From Monocercomonoides exilis PA203 (lineage: Eukaryota > Protista > Preaxostyla), in the NCBI GenBank assembly GCA_001643675.2, contig LSRY02000004.1, positions 1,240,001 to 1,304,000 of the forward strand: a DNA stretch of 64,000 bases, read 5' to 3'. Under the pieces are notes generated by a model that had not been told where the DNA came from, did no database searches, and worked only from the letters and a program-made list of their open reading frames with translations. Shown one piece after another: positions 35,501 to 52,200 of this stretch (the first letter of the stretch is position 1; each line of letters begins with the position of its first letter). The position numbers and the translations under genes are program-made.

Positions 35501-38500
35501 ACGAAAGTGAAGATGAATCATTTTCATCTTCTTCTGAAGACGAAATGGTTTCTATTTCAGCGTCGCACCGCAGCCATGCGTCTTTCCAGCGAAGCAACCG
35601 CTCTCAAAATGGAATGACTCCAACAGAAAACAATTCTGACAGAACATTCCTCTCAACAGGCCCAACAGCAGCAGCACATGCAACATTCACATCAACACCA
35701 CTTTTGAATCATCCAGCCAAAAATCGAGTGAATGAAGACAGAAACACACCGCCTGAGTCTCAGTCTCAGCTGTCTGCTTCATCTATACACGCTTCAACTC
35801 CATCTCAGATGATTGTTCATACGCCTCTTCCTTCATCCTCTGGTTCTTCTTCTTCGACTTCTTCTTCTTTTTCTTCTTCTTCAAATTACTCATCAAATCC
35901 TTCTTCTTCTTCTATTTCTTCTCACTCTCCGTCTTCCCCATCTTCTTCTTCGTCATTATCTTCTTCTTCATTTCCTTCGTCGCATCCAACTTCTTCTATC
36001 TTCCCTCCAAAGTTCTTCTTGAATTCTGTTCCTTCTTTGTCACCATCATCTATTGCTCAAACACCTTCATCATCATCATCTTCTTCTTCTTCTTCTTCTT
36101 CTCATTCCATTTCAAATCCTTCTGCTTTCACTTCAACAGGCGAATTCTCAACAACTGGTGATTCTTCTTCCTCCTCCTCTTTTTCATCTTCAGCGTCTTC
36201 TACTTCCTCTTCTTCCTCTTCCTCTTCCTCTTCTTTTGATCCCACAAGCACATCAAGATCATCCCAATCACAGAGCTCAACAGCATCAACGCGTTCTTCT
36301 TCCTCATATTCTTCCAATTCTTCTTCCATTTCTGTTGGATCAGAAGGAGAACACCAAAAGAATCCCCATCATCATTCTAACCATCATCCTCACCATCACA
36401 ATCACAATCACAATCACAATTCCAAACACAGCCAGAATCGCAGTCAAGACAGCGCCGAAGCCGAAAGCAGCAAATCTGACAGCCGCACAAGAAGATCCTC
36501 TGGCTCGTCTGACTTGACAATCACAGTTGAGCTGATTGACCCATCGAAGACAGCAAGCAAAGAGAACAGCACAAATGACAGAAGAAGTGACAGAAGAAGT
36601 GACAGAAGCAGTGATAGCAACAGTAATGGAAGCAATACAAGCACTTCTGGGACAACCCCATCGACTTCTCATTTCGCTCCGATTCTTCCTCAGTCGGTTC
36701 TTGCTTCGCTGCCTTCTGCTTCTTCCAATACAACTTCTTCTTCTTTTCCTCAGACATCTTCATCAACAGCAATAGGTCTGCCTGTTGCAGCAGCAACTCC
36801 GCTGGCAAATGAAAGATTGCTTCAACAAGAACGCCGTCCAGCAAATCCAATGTTTTCTGCATATCCTTCTTATCTGTCGACTTCTGGTGCACCAACATTT
36901 CTTGATTCACGTGTTACTGCTCAGCCTCAGAATATTACTTCTAATCCTTCTTCTTCCTCTTCTTCCTCTTCCTCTGCTTCATCGAATTTGCCGATTGGAT
37001 TAATTGGGCAAAAATCTAATGAATCTCACATTACATCTCTTCGTTTTCAAGATGCATCAGTTAACAAACCTTCATCGTCATCGTCGTCAATATCATCCTC
37101 TTCCTCTTCCTCTTCTTCCTCCTCCTCAATGTTAGCAACTGTTGACTCTGCAAAGCGCTATGAATCGCCACGTGTTGTTGAGATGCTTCCGCCTTCGACA
37201 TCTGCCCACAAACAACAAGACACACAAAGCGACTCTCAATCACATCGCCATCGTTCACATGGGAGCCGTAATGATCATCGTCATCATCATCATCATCATC
37301 ACAGCCACCATCAAAAGGATGATAGTAGTGTGTCAGATGAAGCTGATGGTGATGATGATGAAAGAAGAAGCAAACGGAAGGAAAGAAGCCAACAGAAAGA
37401 AGAGAAGAGAAGAGAAAGAAGAGAAAGAAGAGAGAAATCGGGAGAAGGAAAAGGAAATGGCAGTGAATTCGATGAAAAGACATCTGTTTCATCTCATTCA
37501 ACATACAGCACGTCTTATTCATCATTCTCTTCTTCTACTTCTTCAAATTCTTCTTCAGCTTTGTCCTCAAATAATTCTCGAAGAGAATCTTCTTTTGGAT
37601 TTGGAAACACTTCCTCCTCATCAGCTTCTTCAGCATCAACCTCTTCCTCTTCATCTTCCTCCTCTTCTTTATCTTCCAGTTCTTTTCCATCTTCTTCCAC
37701 TTCTTCTTCTTCTTCTTCTTCCGATCCTTTAACTTCATCCTCTTCTCCCTCAAATGTCTCATCTTATTCGTCTTCTTCGTCCAGTGAGTATTCTCTTCAT
37801 CCATTTGCTGCTGGACTTTCAGCGCTTTCTCCTTCGGCCGTGCAGCCTTCTCCTCCTTTTGCGCTTTCATCGTCAAATGCTGCTGCTTTCCATTCATCTG
37901 GTGTTGCATCAAGCGCAATGAATGTGCCACATAAAACATTCGAATTTACTTCAGAAGCAAACATCAGGAGAATTACAAATGAGTTTTCGAAGAGTTCAGA
38001 AGAAGAGAAATATGAAGATGAAGAAGACGACAGTGAAGCAATGGCAGAGCGGAAGAGGACAATCAAAATGGAGATGAGGGAAAAAGAGCAGGCGATTGCC
38101 AACAGAAGGCAGAAAGAAGCAGAAAGAGAAGAGAGAGAGAGAATTAAGAGAGAGGCAGAGCAGAAAAGAGAGCAAGACAGACAAAGAAGAGCTCGAATGA
38201 TGTCGGCTGTTGCATCAGACATGAATACGTTTTTGTCTTCTTCGCCTTCATCTTCCTCTTCGTCTTCGTATTCATCTTCCTCTTCATCTTTTCCTTCGAG
38301 TTCTCATCGTTCATCAATCCAACCTTCAACAAGCACTTTTTCATCTTCTTCGCCTTCTTCTTCATCATCGTCTTCTTCTTCTTCTTCGTTTACTTCGACT
38401 TCTTCTGCTTTCCCGTCTTTGCTTGAAGCTTCATCTTCGTCAACTCCGACGTTTTCTTCGTTTTCATCATTTTCTCATTCTCCTTCCTCTTCTTCTTCAA

Positions 38501-38781
38501 CGTCATCATCATCATCATCTTCTTCTTCTTCTTCTTCTTTCGCTGACACTACATCAGCAAATAATTCTTCGACATTTTCAGATTCTTCGTCTTCTTCATC
38601 TTCTTCTAATTCGACATCAACTCCTTCCCTTCTCTCTGTTTCAACTCCTTCTTTGCTTGATTCTTCTTCGTCATCCATGTCTTCCTCCTCCTCCTCCTCG
38701 TTTTCTTCTCCTTCTTCTTCCTCCTCCTCGTTCTCTTCTTCAAGTGTTGATGTTCCTTCTGTCTCATCTTTTTCTAATTAA
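32600..38781 (+). CDS. ~2030 aa Ser-rich/charged low-complexity protein of unknown function
   Basis: 1962 aa ORF extendable upstream; probable exon 1 at 32600-32615 and intron 32616-32695, in frame (MSLHKGEKINPL). Divergent from the HYLS1-like gene with ~195 bp between starts. Confidence 0.72.
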
Positions 38782-39576
38782 AAAGTCAAAATTCAGTTAG
38801 CAATATAAGCTTTTTCAAAGTTAAATTAATTGAATGGCTAATCTGTGTTGTCTGATTTTATTTTTAAAGTTTTTGAAATTACAAATATGAAATGCCGTTT
38901 GCATTCTCTGCAGGCTTCATAAGCCACAACACATTTCACAATTTTTCTTTGTCGTTTGTTTTATTAGAAAATGTATACAATGGATTATGAATTAATAAGT
39001 TAAATAAATAAATTAATTAATGAAATATCCAACATGCTTTGTTGTTGGAATACTGAAATTTTATTCACCATTCCCAAATCTGAAAAAACACATCAAAATT
39101 TTTGGTTGTGCGAAGAAAAATTTATCTTAAGTTTGTAACATCATATAAAATGTTGTTGATATCCACATTAGCATTCTGAATAAATAAAATATGCATATTT
39201 TAATAAGTTCCCTTTAAATGTTAAAAATTACACATCCAAATCATTAAGCTATAAAGATGGACGAGAATTTTTCGAGTTAAATCTTCCATTTATTTGTATT
39301 GACGAACTCATTTCTTAAAAATAGCTACAAAAACTTTTGTTGGTAAGTGCCCCAAGTGTGTGATAATTACTAAGATTAAAGTCTCTTTGCTCAAACAAAT
39401 CAAACATTTCTGATGGTTAATGAATAAAGGCATTCCGTGGATAAGACTCGTATGGATCCCAGCCAATGGCTTCTATGAAAATTATTTTTGTACATATGTG
39501 AATTCGAAGAAAATTGTAATGATTTTTCAATCATTCACTTCGTCTGTCATTTTATATTGAATAACGAAAACATTTG

Positions 39577-40424
39577 TTAATTTTTTCTATGAAAAAAGCA
39601 TATATGAAAACAAACATAAGCTAACATAATGCGCAAATGGTCAAACCTTTGAAAAATATGATGAATATATAAGTCCTTCCTGAATTCAGGATATACATAA
39701 ATAAAAAAATAATATATATGTCCAATTATAATTCCCAAAAGCGGTTCAATCCACATTTTTTGTTTAATAAAGTACCAAAATAATTGAATCCAAGGAAGTA
39801 TTTCCATTGGTAACTCGAATATCATCATTACTCTAACGCTGTGAGTCAGTGATTCTGGTAAACGAGAAGCAACATACATTGTTGCTTGTGAAAATGAAAT
39901 GAAAAATGATGACATTCTGTATTTGTTAAAAATCATCCATCCAGTTAGCTGTATTGTGAGATTGCATTTTTAAATGAAAAAGATGACATCTGAAAAGGAT
40001 GTGACTCATTTAATAAAAATAATACCTCTATGGATAAAATCACAAAACATATGAATTGATAAAAATGTTTTTTTCCGCGAGAAGAAAATGAGCGTTCTAT
40101 TGACCCAAGCTGTTGAAATCTTTATAAAAAATCAATGAATTATTATTCAAGATTGATTAATAAAATATTGCTATTCAACTGTTTGACATACAAAAAAAAA
40201 TATGTAAATAATAATCCAAAGTCAAATTTTCCATTCAAAAAAAATGGAGTTACGACTCTCCAAATTTCTCTCCGTTTTACAATTAGAAAAGGATTAAATA
40301 GAAAAGTCGAATTTTTGTTTGGAAATATTGTCAAAAGTATAGAAAAAGCAAGGCAAATAGCAATATATGCTAAAGTGAATGGTTGAATTTTCTGTAAAGA
40401 TAATTGAATTCCCCTTTCATTCAT
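39577..40424 (-). CDS. Derlin (Der1-like) ERAD membrane protein, multi-exon; 3' end not resolved
   Basis: PFTLAY, F.P.LI....EIWRVVT.FF..G.F.F, MYV.SR, LPW and GIIIGHIYYF...YP are Derlin motifs, spread over ORFs 40143..40433 and 39577..39936. Confidence 0.8.
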
Positions 40425-40734
40425 AATAATCACTAAATAATATCTTTATTATGTTAATAATGGGGATCAAATGCAAAAAATGAGTGTTTTTATATTTACG
40501 TTAACAATAACAAATATTAAGTTTATCAATTATATTGAAAAAGAGTTTCGAAAGCAGATTTATCTTTATTCATTAATTTAGAAATTTGTGTCATTTTCAA
40601 AATATTTGAAACATTCATATTGTTCTGTTTTCAAATCCAATGACAATAAATATTGATTAATAATATTTTATTGTACACAATGACGTCAATTCAAATCGTT
40701 TGTGGAAAAAGAAAAAAGCATCGTCAACAAATTA

Positions 40735-41081
40735 TAGTTGGGTGCAAAACCCGCACTTGTGCATAAACCCGCACACTTGACATTTTCTTTCGAAATGCTT
40801 TTCCACTTTTATATATGTGAAAGCCTTTGGCATTTTGATGCCACCTGTAACTTTTTTTGTCCAATTTTTAGTATTTCGAATGAAAAATTAAAAATAAAAA
40901 ATTTTGATCAAAAGATCAAAAAACATCAAATATTTTTGTTTTTGATTTTTCATTCGAAATACTAAAAATTGGACAAAAAAAAGTAACAGGTGGCATCAAA
41001 ATGCCAAACGCTTTCACATATATAAAAGTGGAAGTGCATTTCGAAAGAAAATGTCAAGTGTGCGGGTTTATGCACATACTA
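40735..41081. mobile_element. Foldback MITE with ~135 bp inverted arms
   Basis: GTGCATAAACCCGCACACTTGACATTTTC...CGAATGAAAAAT mirrored by ATTTTTCATTCG...GAAAATGTCAAGTGTGCGGGTTTATGCAC; TAGT...ACTA ends; tandem AAACCCGCAC at the left end. Confidence 0.8.
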
Positions 41082-41193
41082 TTACTATTTTTTTTAAATA
41101 ATCGCTTCAAATGAAATTTTGGGCTTTTTGAATTTTGTTTCACTTTATGTATTCTATTATTTTTCTCTATTTTTATTATTTTTCTATATATGT

Positions 41194-41852
41194 GGGTGAC
41201 TCTTTTTGATTACACATTTTTTCTGTCCTAATTTTCAAATCAACAATTTGTTGCAGATAATTGGAAATTAATCTTACAGATATTGCATAAAATACCGGAC
41301 ATCGCACAAAATACCGGACAAGATCGTTTTCTCAATAACCACTCAAAGAGAAAATCTGATAATATTCCTCCAAATATATCTAAACATAACTAACTCAATT
41401 GATAAACGAGTCTTTCAAAATAGCTTCATTTGTGCTCAGAGAAAATAACTTTTGAAATTTCGGGAAAACTCAAAATCTTATTTCTCTGGGATATCAATCA
41501 TTAATTTTCTCTGAGCACAAATGAAGCTATTTTGAAAGACTCGTTTATCAATTGAGTTTGTATTGATGAGATGCATTTTGAGAAAAATTAACAGAATTTT
41601 TCTTTTTGCGGTTATTGAGAAAACGATCTTGTCCGGTATTTTTTTTTGCGATGTCCGGTATTTTATCCAATATCTGTATGTTTTTTCTAATAATCATAAA
41701 TGAACTTACTCTGTCTTTTAATGACATTATGTATTTGAAAGACAATAAATTTAAATCTTGAAATACTTTTTTGAGAATTCTTTTGCAAATAACTGTGAAT
41801 TGGAAAATTACACATACCCCGAAAAAATATGTGACTACAAAAATAATCGGAA
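41194..41852. mobile_element. Degenerate GGG-family MITE hosting the 41277..41676 insertion
   Basis: GGGTGACTCTTTTTGA (preceded by ATGT) and GAAAAAATATG..CAAAAATAATC resemble the 17223 TIRs. Length minus the nested insert is ~257 bp. Confidence 0.45.
41277..41676. mobile_element. 400 bp Tc1/mariner-type foldback MITE, TA TSD
   Basis: TA-CAGATATTGCATAAAATACCGGACATCGCA ... TGCGATGTCCGGTATTTTATCCAATATCTG-TA; inner ~50 bp perfect inverted block; duplicated AAAATACCGGACA in each arm. Confidence 0.88.
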
Positions 41853-42309
41853 TAGGTCTAAATTGTACCAGTAGTGAATTTGACATTATTTTTATGAAAT
41901 TTCGAAAAATAATTGATTATTAAAAATTTTTAACACTTAGTTTTCGAATATTTTTCAAAAATTTTTGCTTCAATAATTAGACAAAAATTATTTATCGTAC
42001 ACATATAATTATTTGTTTCTTTTTCATTTCTTTTTTTTTTTTTTTGAACATTTTGTAACTGTTAAATTGTTAACAACCATATTTATGTTCGTCAAAATTA
42101 AATTTCTAAATGTTTCATTGATTTATTTTTATCAACTTGCTTTTCATAAGTTGTGTTCATATTTTGTTCAAAGAATGATCCATGTTTGGTAATTAGTTGT
42201 TTTTAACAGAGAGCGAATCTGCGAGTTAAGAAAATAGATTTATAAGATGTGAATGAAGTGTATCAAATACAAGGAGAACAAATAATACAAACCCTGATGG
42301 GGTATTAAA

Positions 42310-42439
42310 CTGAGGGGCTATCTGCATGTACAACAAAGGGAAATGGAGAACTATCTGTTTCACATTGTCTGTTTAATAACTATTTTGCATTCAGTCGTGG
42401 AGGTGGAATTATGTGCCTATCAATTAATTTTGTAAATAT
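42310..42439 (+). pseudogene. Relic of a beta-helix receptor ectodomain
   Basis: Frameshifted GAICMYNK / GNGELSVSHCLFNNYFAFSRGGGIMCL resembles GGALYAHD..ATLTVENSSF..C.A.SSRGGGIYAL in 15413..16015. Confidence 0.5.
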
Positions 42440-42696
42440 GGGTGATTATTTTTGAAATCATAACTTTTTTCGGAGTGTTGATTCTGCAAATGTTTTATCC
42501 ATTTGGTTACGAATTATTCATTAAGAAGTAAAAAAGAACTATATTTTTTAAAAAAAGATGTTGTTATGATTTTATTCGAGAAAAAATATTTTTGTGAAGA
42601 GTTTTTAACTTTTCTGTATTTATTTTTCAAGATTCAATGCAATTTCTTGAACCGATATTTTTGATAGAAGATATAAGATTTCAAAAATAATGACCA
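42440..42696. mobile_element. Second copy of the GGG-terminal MITE family (257 bp)
   Basis: GGGTGATTATTTTTGAAATCATAACTTTTTTCGGAGTGTTGATT is nearly identical to the 17223 left end; degenerate right end AGATTTCAAAAATAATGACCA; flanks ATAT/ATCT. Confidence 0.7.
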
Positions 42697-43617
42697 ATCT
42701 TTTATGTTTAATTTTTGGATTTTTATAAATTTTGCAATTTTTCAAGAGTTCTTGTAAATAATCTGTCAAATTAAACGCTAAAAAAAAAAGTGAAAATCTA
42801 ATATTCAAATGATTCAATATTTTGCATTTCCATGAAAATTATCTGTTTTAATGAAGGAAATCATAAACAATTTTCTTCATTCAATGAACCTTTAAACTAA
42901 TTACTAGCCACTTTTCAAAAAGAGGAACACATTTGTTTCGAAGTTCCATCACAATTTGTTTTCACTGAGTAATATTGATTTTCACAAAGAAGAAAATAAT
43001 TAGAGGGTGATGCACGACAATCGGGACAGCACATTTTTTTCTTTTTTGTAAAGTTGTGTATATTATTAGCTTTTTTGATCTTAAACATTTGAACGCAAAT
43101 TCTCTCAATATGTTTGAAAAATATTTGTTGAAATTTATCAATATAAAAAAAGTTGCAAAAAAAAATTTTTTTTTCAGAATTTTGATAATTTAGATTTAAT
43201 TTGTCAAATTGTTAAGAAAAAGTTTTGTCAAAACGGCAGATAATATAAAAAATACAACGTTGCTGAATTCAAGTCAGATTTATGATCAACATTGTTCACA
43301 ATAAGTCATTTTGTCTTAAAAGATCATTCTCATGAATTTAAAACTCAAAATCTGTTCAAAAAATTAAAAAAAAAATTGAAAGCAATTTAATTTTTGATTT
43401 CATGAAAAAATGAGGTGATGCACAATCCAATTAATCTGAAAAAAAAAAAGAAAACAAGCATATCTCATTATGTGATGATAAGACATACATTAAAACATTA
43501 AAAAAAAATGATTTATTGTAACAAAAACAAATCGAGAATACAATTTTTCATTGTATATATACGGTATTTATATTAAAAAAAAAGCGGATGAATTAGATAA
43601 GGTATTCTCAAAACAAA

Positions 43618-44373
43618 TTACTTTGCAGCTTCAACAATTGCTCCAACCCAAGCATTCATTTGATTTACATCCTCCGCGCAAATAAAGTATTCCTTTTGCC
43701 CAGTTGAATGAGGATAAGAAATATGAAAGCAAAATGGTTTATCAGATTTTTCTTCAGCATTTGTCACCTGGCAGCCTGAAAGTGGAATTGATCCACTTTC
43801 TTTTGTTGAAGTCTTCAAAATTATGATAGAAGTGAATAAAATAGAATTTTCACAAAAAAATTCAAAAATTCCAGGAGCAATGCAAAAAAATGCAAACCGG
43901 CTTTTCGTAATAATATAATGTTGAACCTCTAAGAGAAAACCAACGTCTCTTCCAGTTTTTCATGAAGTGTCCTAATATATTTAATTCAAAAGTTCGCAAT
44001 AAATCATAAAGGAAATTAATGGATATAAAAACGAGTGTTTATGTTAAAGAATAAAATGCAATTTAAACCTTGTTTTGTCAGCCATCCTTCCATTGGCTTT
44101 GGTGGGCCTTTTGGTGCAGACTTAGAAATTGTACAAAAGCCATTTTTTATCACAAACAACATTAGAACAAATTTAACTTCATACTTCCTCTTCAGATGGC
44201 ATTTCTGCAACGAAATTGTAAGGGAAAAGACCAATTTTCCCATCCAACTCTCCTTTCCACATTCCGCTTTCATGCTTTTCAATGAGTGTAATTATATCGC
44301 CTTCCTTAAATGTTAGCTCATTTGCAACACGAGCAGTAAAATCGAACTGGGCTTGGAGTCTTGGTCGAGACAT
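43618..44373 (-). CDS. Small SH3 + PH domain adaptor protein (4 exons)
   Basis: SH3: AQFDF...ELTFKEGD...WKGEL..GLFPYNFV. PH: EGWLTKQG, KNWKRRWF.L...LYYY, GSI.L, F.I, Y..A.....W..AI. Confidence 0.92.
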
Positions 44374-44605
44374 TCACTATTTTTCGATCTAAATAGAAAC
44401 GCTATGGTAATATGATCAATGATTTTGAAAAAAACATAATATGCAACTGAAGATCGTTTTCATTATTTTCGAAAACAACGTGTATAAATCAGATACAAGC
44501 AATAAGAAAAAAAATGAGAATGAAAATGAAAAAAACAAATCCACAATAACAATTGATCATCCCTTAGCTGAGTGTAACTGAATTGATCGTTAAAGTGTTG
44601 TGTTA

Positions 44606-48493
<3,888 letters not shown>

Positions 48494-49212
48494 TGGAAAA
48501 AAAAAAAAGAAAGAAAAGAAAAGAAAAATGACAGTTGGCTTATGAAGTGTTGAATGCATTGCAACAGTTTCATTGTTGAGAAGAAGGGTGGATATTGAAA
48601 TTCCTGTTCTGTTGCAATGCATAGCATTCTGTATTCTTTCGAATGTCAATGCTAAAGAAAATTTTAAAAGAAAATAAAGCATTTATTTTTGATTATATTT
48701 TATTTACGTAAATTGCGGTATTGTCAACATTTCAAAAAAAATGAATAAAGTTTTTTTTTGAAAAACAAACCTGGGGAACAATTCTTTCATTTATGAAAAA
48801 AACTACAATATGTTCCACACTTTTTCAACAACCTTATCATGAGAAATCTTTCATTCTCATGTCAAAAAAACATAGGAAATTTTTCAGAATTGATAAATTA
48901 ATTAAATGTGCAGAATGGAACAAAATTCATAAAGCAAAAAATATATTCCCACCTATCAAATTTATATTTTTATTTATCTCAACAATTATTAAATCATAGT
49001 TGATTATTTAATTAAAAATTTTGAATTAAAACAGAAAACTAAGAAAGTGGAATATTCAATTACGCTTGAAAAGAAAACGATAATTTAAACAAATTATTAC
49101 AATCCTGGAATATTAATTTTTCAAAAAAAAAATTTATTGATCAATAATATTATTAATGAAACATTAATTCTCAAAGTTATTAATTTGCATTTTTTCAGTT
49201 TCAAAAAGTGAA

Positions 49213-52200
49213 ATGAAAATTATAATCTTATTACTTTTATTACAATTTGAATCTACAATTACGCCAAAATCAAGTTTTTGCATGTTGACAAGCCCTGCGA
49301 CGGAATGCGCCTTTTCTCACTATTTTTGTATTGCCTTCATAAAAAAACATGAACCAAGCGAAAAATTCGAAGAAAGAGAACATCTGAAATTTTTATCAAT
49401 TCAGTCTTATTCTTCAATCAACAATCCCAACGCCCATGAGGCTTCAAGCGTTTTTTCATCATCCATCAGCACAATTAATTCTTCATTGGATGCGTCACAA
49501 ACAATTCTTCTTCAACAGGGAGATAATTCTTTATTTTCCATTGTGCAAGGATCGGAGTGCACTGTTCACAGTTGCATGTTGATTTTGTCCAATTGGAGTA
49601 CTGCACCATTTTGTTCGATATCCAGTGTGCTTGAACTGTCCAACATCTCCATCTCCAATTTTGGAAAACAAAATATCATTCGAAATAGCATTGCAGAATT
49701 GCACAATGAAAGCTCACTCTGCATGCATTCTTCTGCGTTTTCTTCTCTTGCTGTTCAAACAGCTTATCCACTTGCTGCTTCGGGAAACATTGACAATTTT
49801 TTCATGATGGAATGCACATTTCGAAACATTAGCCATCGCAGTCCCAACACCGTTAACAAACAATTTTTCCTGAAGACAAAAGAGAGTTCCGTTGTTGGGT
49901 GCGAAGTTTCAAGGGTGGAGAACCCATTCTGCTCTGTGCTCGTAATTGGCAGGCCACTATCGTCATTTGTTTGTCGCAATACATCCTTTTCTGCTTGCAC
50001 AGTTACCGAGCACAACAGACGAGTATTTGACAGCTCCGACGGAGATGTTGTGATCGAGCAGACAACATTCAATGTCGAAAGTAAACAGTCAAACGGGGGA
50101 ACAATCTATGCATCTGGAACAAAATCATTCACAATCAGAGAGTGCTTCTTTGACAGATGCAACAACACACATCCAGAAGGATATGGAAATGTTTTGCATT
50201 TAACTGATGTCGGGCCATTGTTGATTCAAAGGTGTTCTGTTGAAAAATGTGTTGCAGTGGGTCGAGAAGGATTTATGAGAACAGTCAATAACATGTATTC
50301 TGTGAGTGTTACTGATCTTAATGCATCTCAATGCGAAGCTGGTCTCCGAGGTGTTGGAATTATTTATGGATCAACATCTCCAATTGTATGTTCGAGTTTT
50401 AAAATGATTCAAAGCGAAAGCAGGGGAGGTGAAGCGGGTGCATTGATGCTCTGCGGTTCTTTTTCTTCGCTTATTGTAACTGATTTGCTGTGTGATTCAA
50501 ACTATGCTGCTTCCTTTGGAGGAGGTATTGAATTTATGAGGGATGATAACATCGCAGTTAATGCTCCCAAATTTTCTTGCTGTATCTTCATTAATAACTC
50601 AGCGAGGTTTGGAAACGATATTGCATTCACAGAAAAATACTTTGATCTTATCAACTCATCTTGCTTTTTGTGTTGCTTTTCGTTGAGCGAACAGAACAGA
50701 GTTTGGATGTGCACACAAGGGTTTCGTGCATGCACAAGCGGAGAAGAACGAAATTCTCTCCTTCCCAATCCATCTGGAACTGTTATTCATGTGGATCCAA
50801 TGCGAGAGTCTGGAGATGTGGCGGGATGTGGTGATATTTTGAATGAATGCAGCACACTGAGCTTTTCATGCAAGCAGTGGATAAACTCATATCATCTTTC
50901 AGTCAAACTCTATTCTGGAAAATATGCAGAGGACTCAATTTCACTTGCTTTTCAGAACATAGTCATTGAAAAGAACACTTCTTCATCGAGCATAACAATC
51001 CACACAATACCATCAAGCAGCGCATTTTGCACTCTTCTTGGTGGATCGTTGGACATGCGCGGAATGCAGATTGTTCACAGCTCGACATCTTCCTCAGATA
51101 AATGCCTATTTGCTGAGAACAGCGAGGATTCTGTGCTTGCACTGCATGAATGCTCATTGAAGGCTGACTCAACTTCAGCTGCATTCAACAAACCGTTTTT
51201 TATGCTGACAAAGGGTGAAGCTTCTCTCGAAAGTTGTGAGATATCTTCTGTGCTTTTTGAGAGCACATCGTTGTTTGCAACAGAGCAGCAGGCGCATCTT
51301 GTGCTGAGCAATGTGAAGATATCGATGGTCAGCCGCAGGACAGGCGATGGCTCAGTATTCAGCAAGGCTGTCCAGGCAGAAGAGAACTTTGTGCTTTCGA
51401 ATGTTTCTTTGGAGAACTGCAAGTGCTTCGACGGAAATGGAGGAGCGCTGTATCTGGAGCTGAACGCACACAGCACAGCACAGGTTGGGGTGGATTCTGG
51501 CTGCCTGTTCGACACATGCACTGTTCCTGCAGACAGCCAGAAGAAGAGGAAAGGCGGGGCAATCTATCTTTGCCTTAGGGAAGGAGCTGGAGACTTCCAG
51601 CTCAAATCAGTTCAGTTTTCTGGGTGCAACGGCTGGAAAGGGAAGAATGTTTTTATTGAAAGTGCAGAACTGCTCAGAACAGCAAACACAAACACAATTG
51701 GCTTTCATCCAGTGATTGGGATTGGCATCACAGATTTTGATGAGCTGAGCGGGATGGAAAATGGGGATGAGTCAGTTATTTTCCCGCTTGCTCTGTTTCT
51801 GAGAAACTTCACTTCTCCTGCTTATGTGTCTGGACAGATCACTGATAACAACTATCGCCTCTGCGGATACAGCGACTATCCATGCCAGAGCGTGGAAGGC
51901 GCTTCAGCTGCGCGATTTGCAAACACAAAGAGAAATATTCGCCTTCTGCCTTCCTTCTCCTTCCGAACAGAAACACTCCTCGACAGTCAATCGTATGCGT
52001 TTGATGCTGAAGAAGACAGCATGCCCATCAATGTTGGCTCCTCGCAAGCGAAAGTGAGTGAGGGGCTTCTGATCAATTCTGTGGAAACAAGTTTCAGCAG
52101 AATCAAGTTTGTGCTCGAGGCATCTTTGAATGGGAGGAACGCCTTTATCCTCTCGAATGCCAATGTGCTGTCGATGACTGACTGCGCGGCTGTGCCAGCT

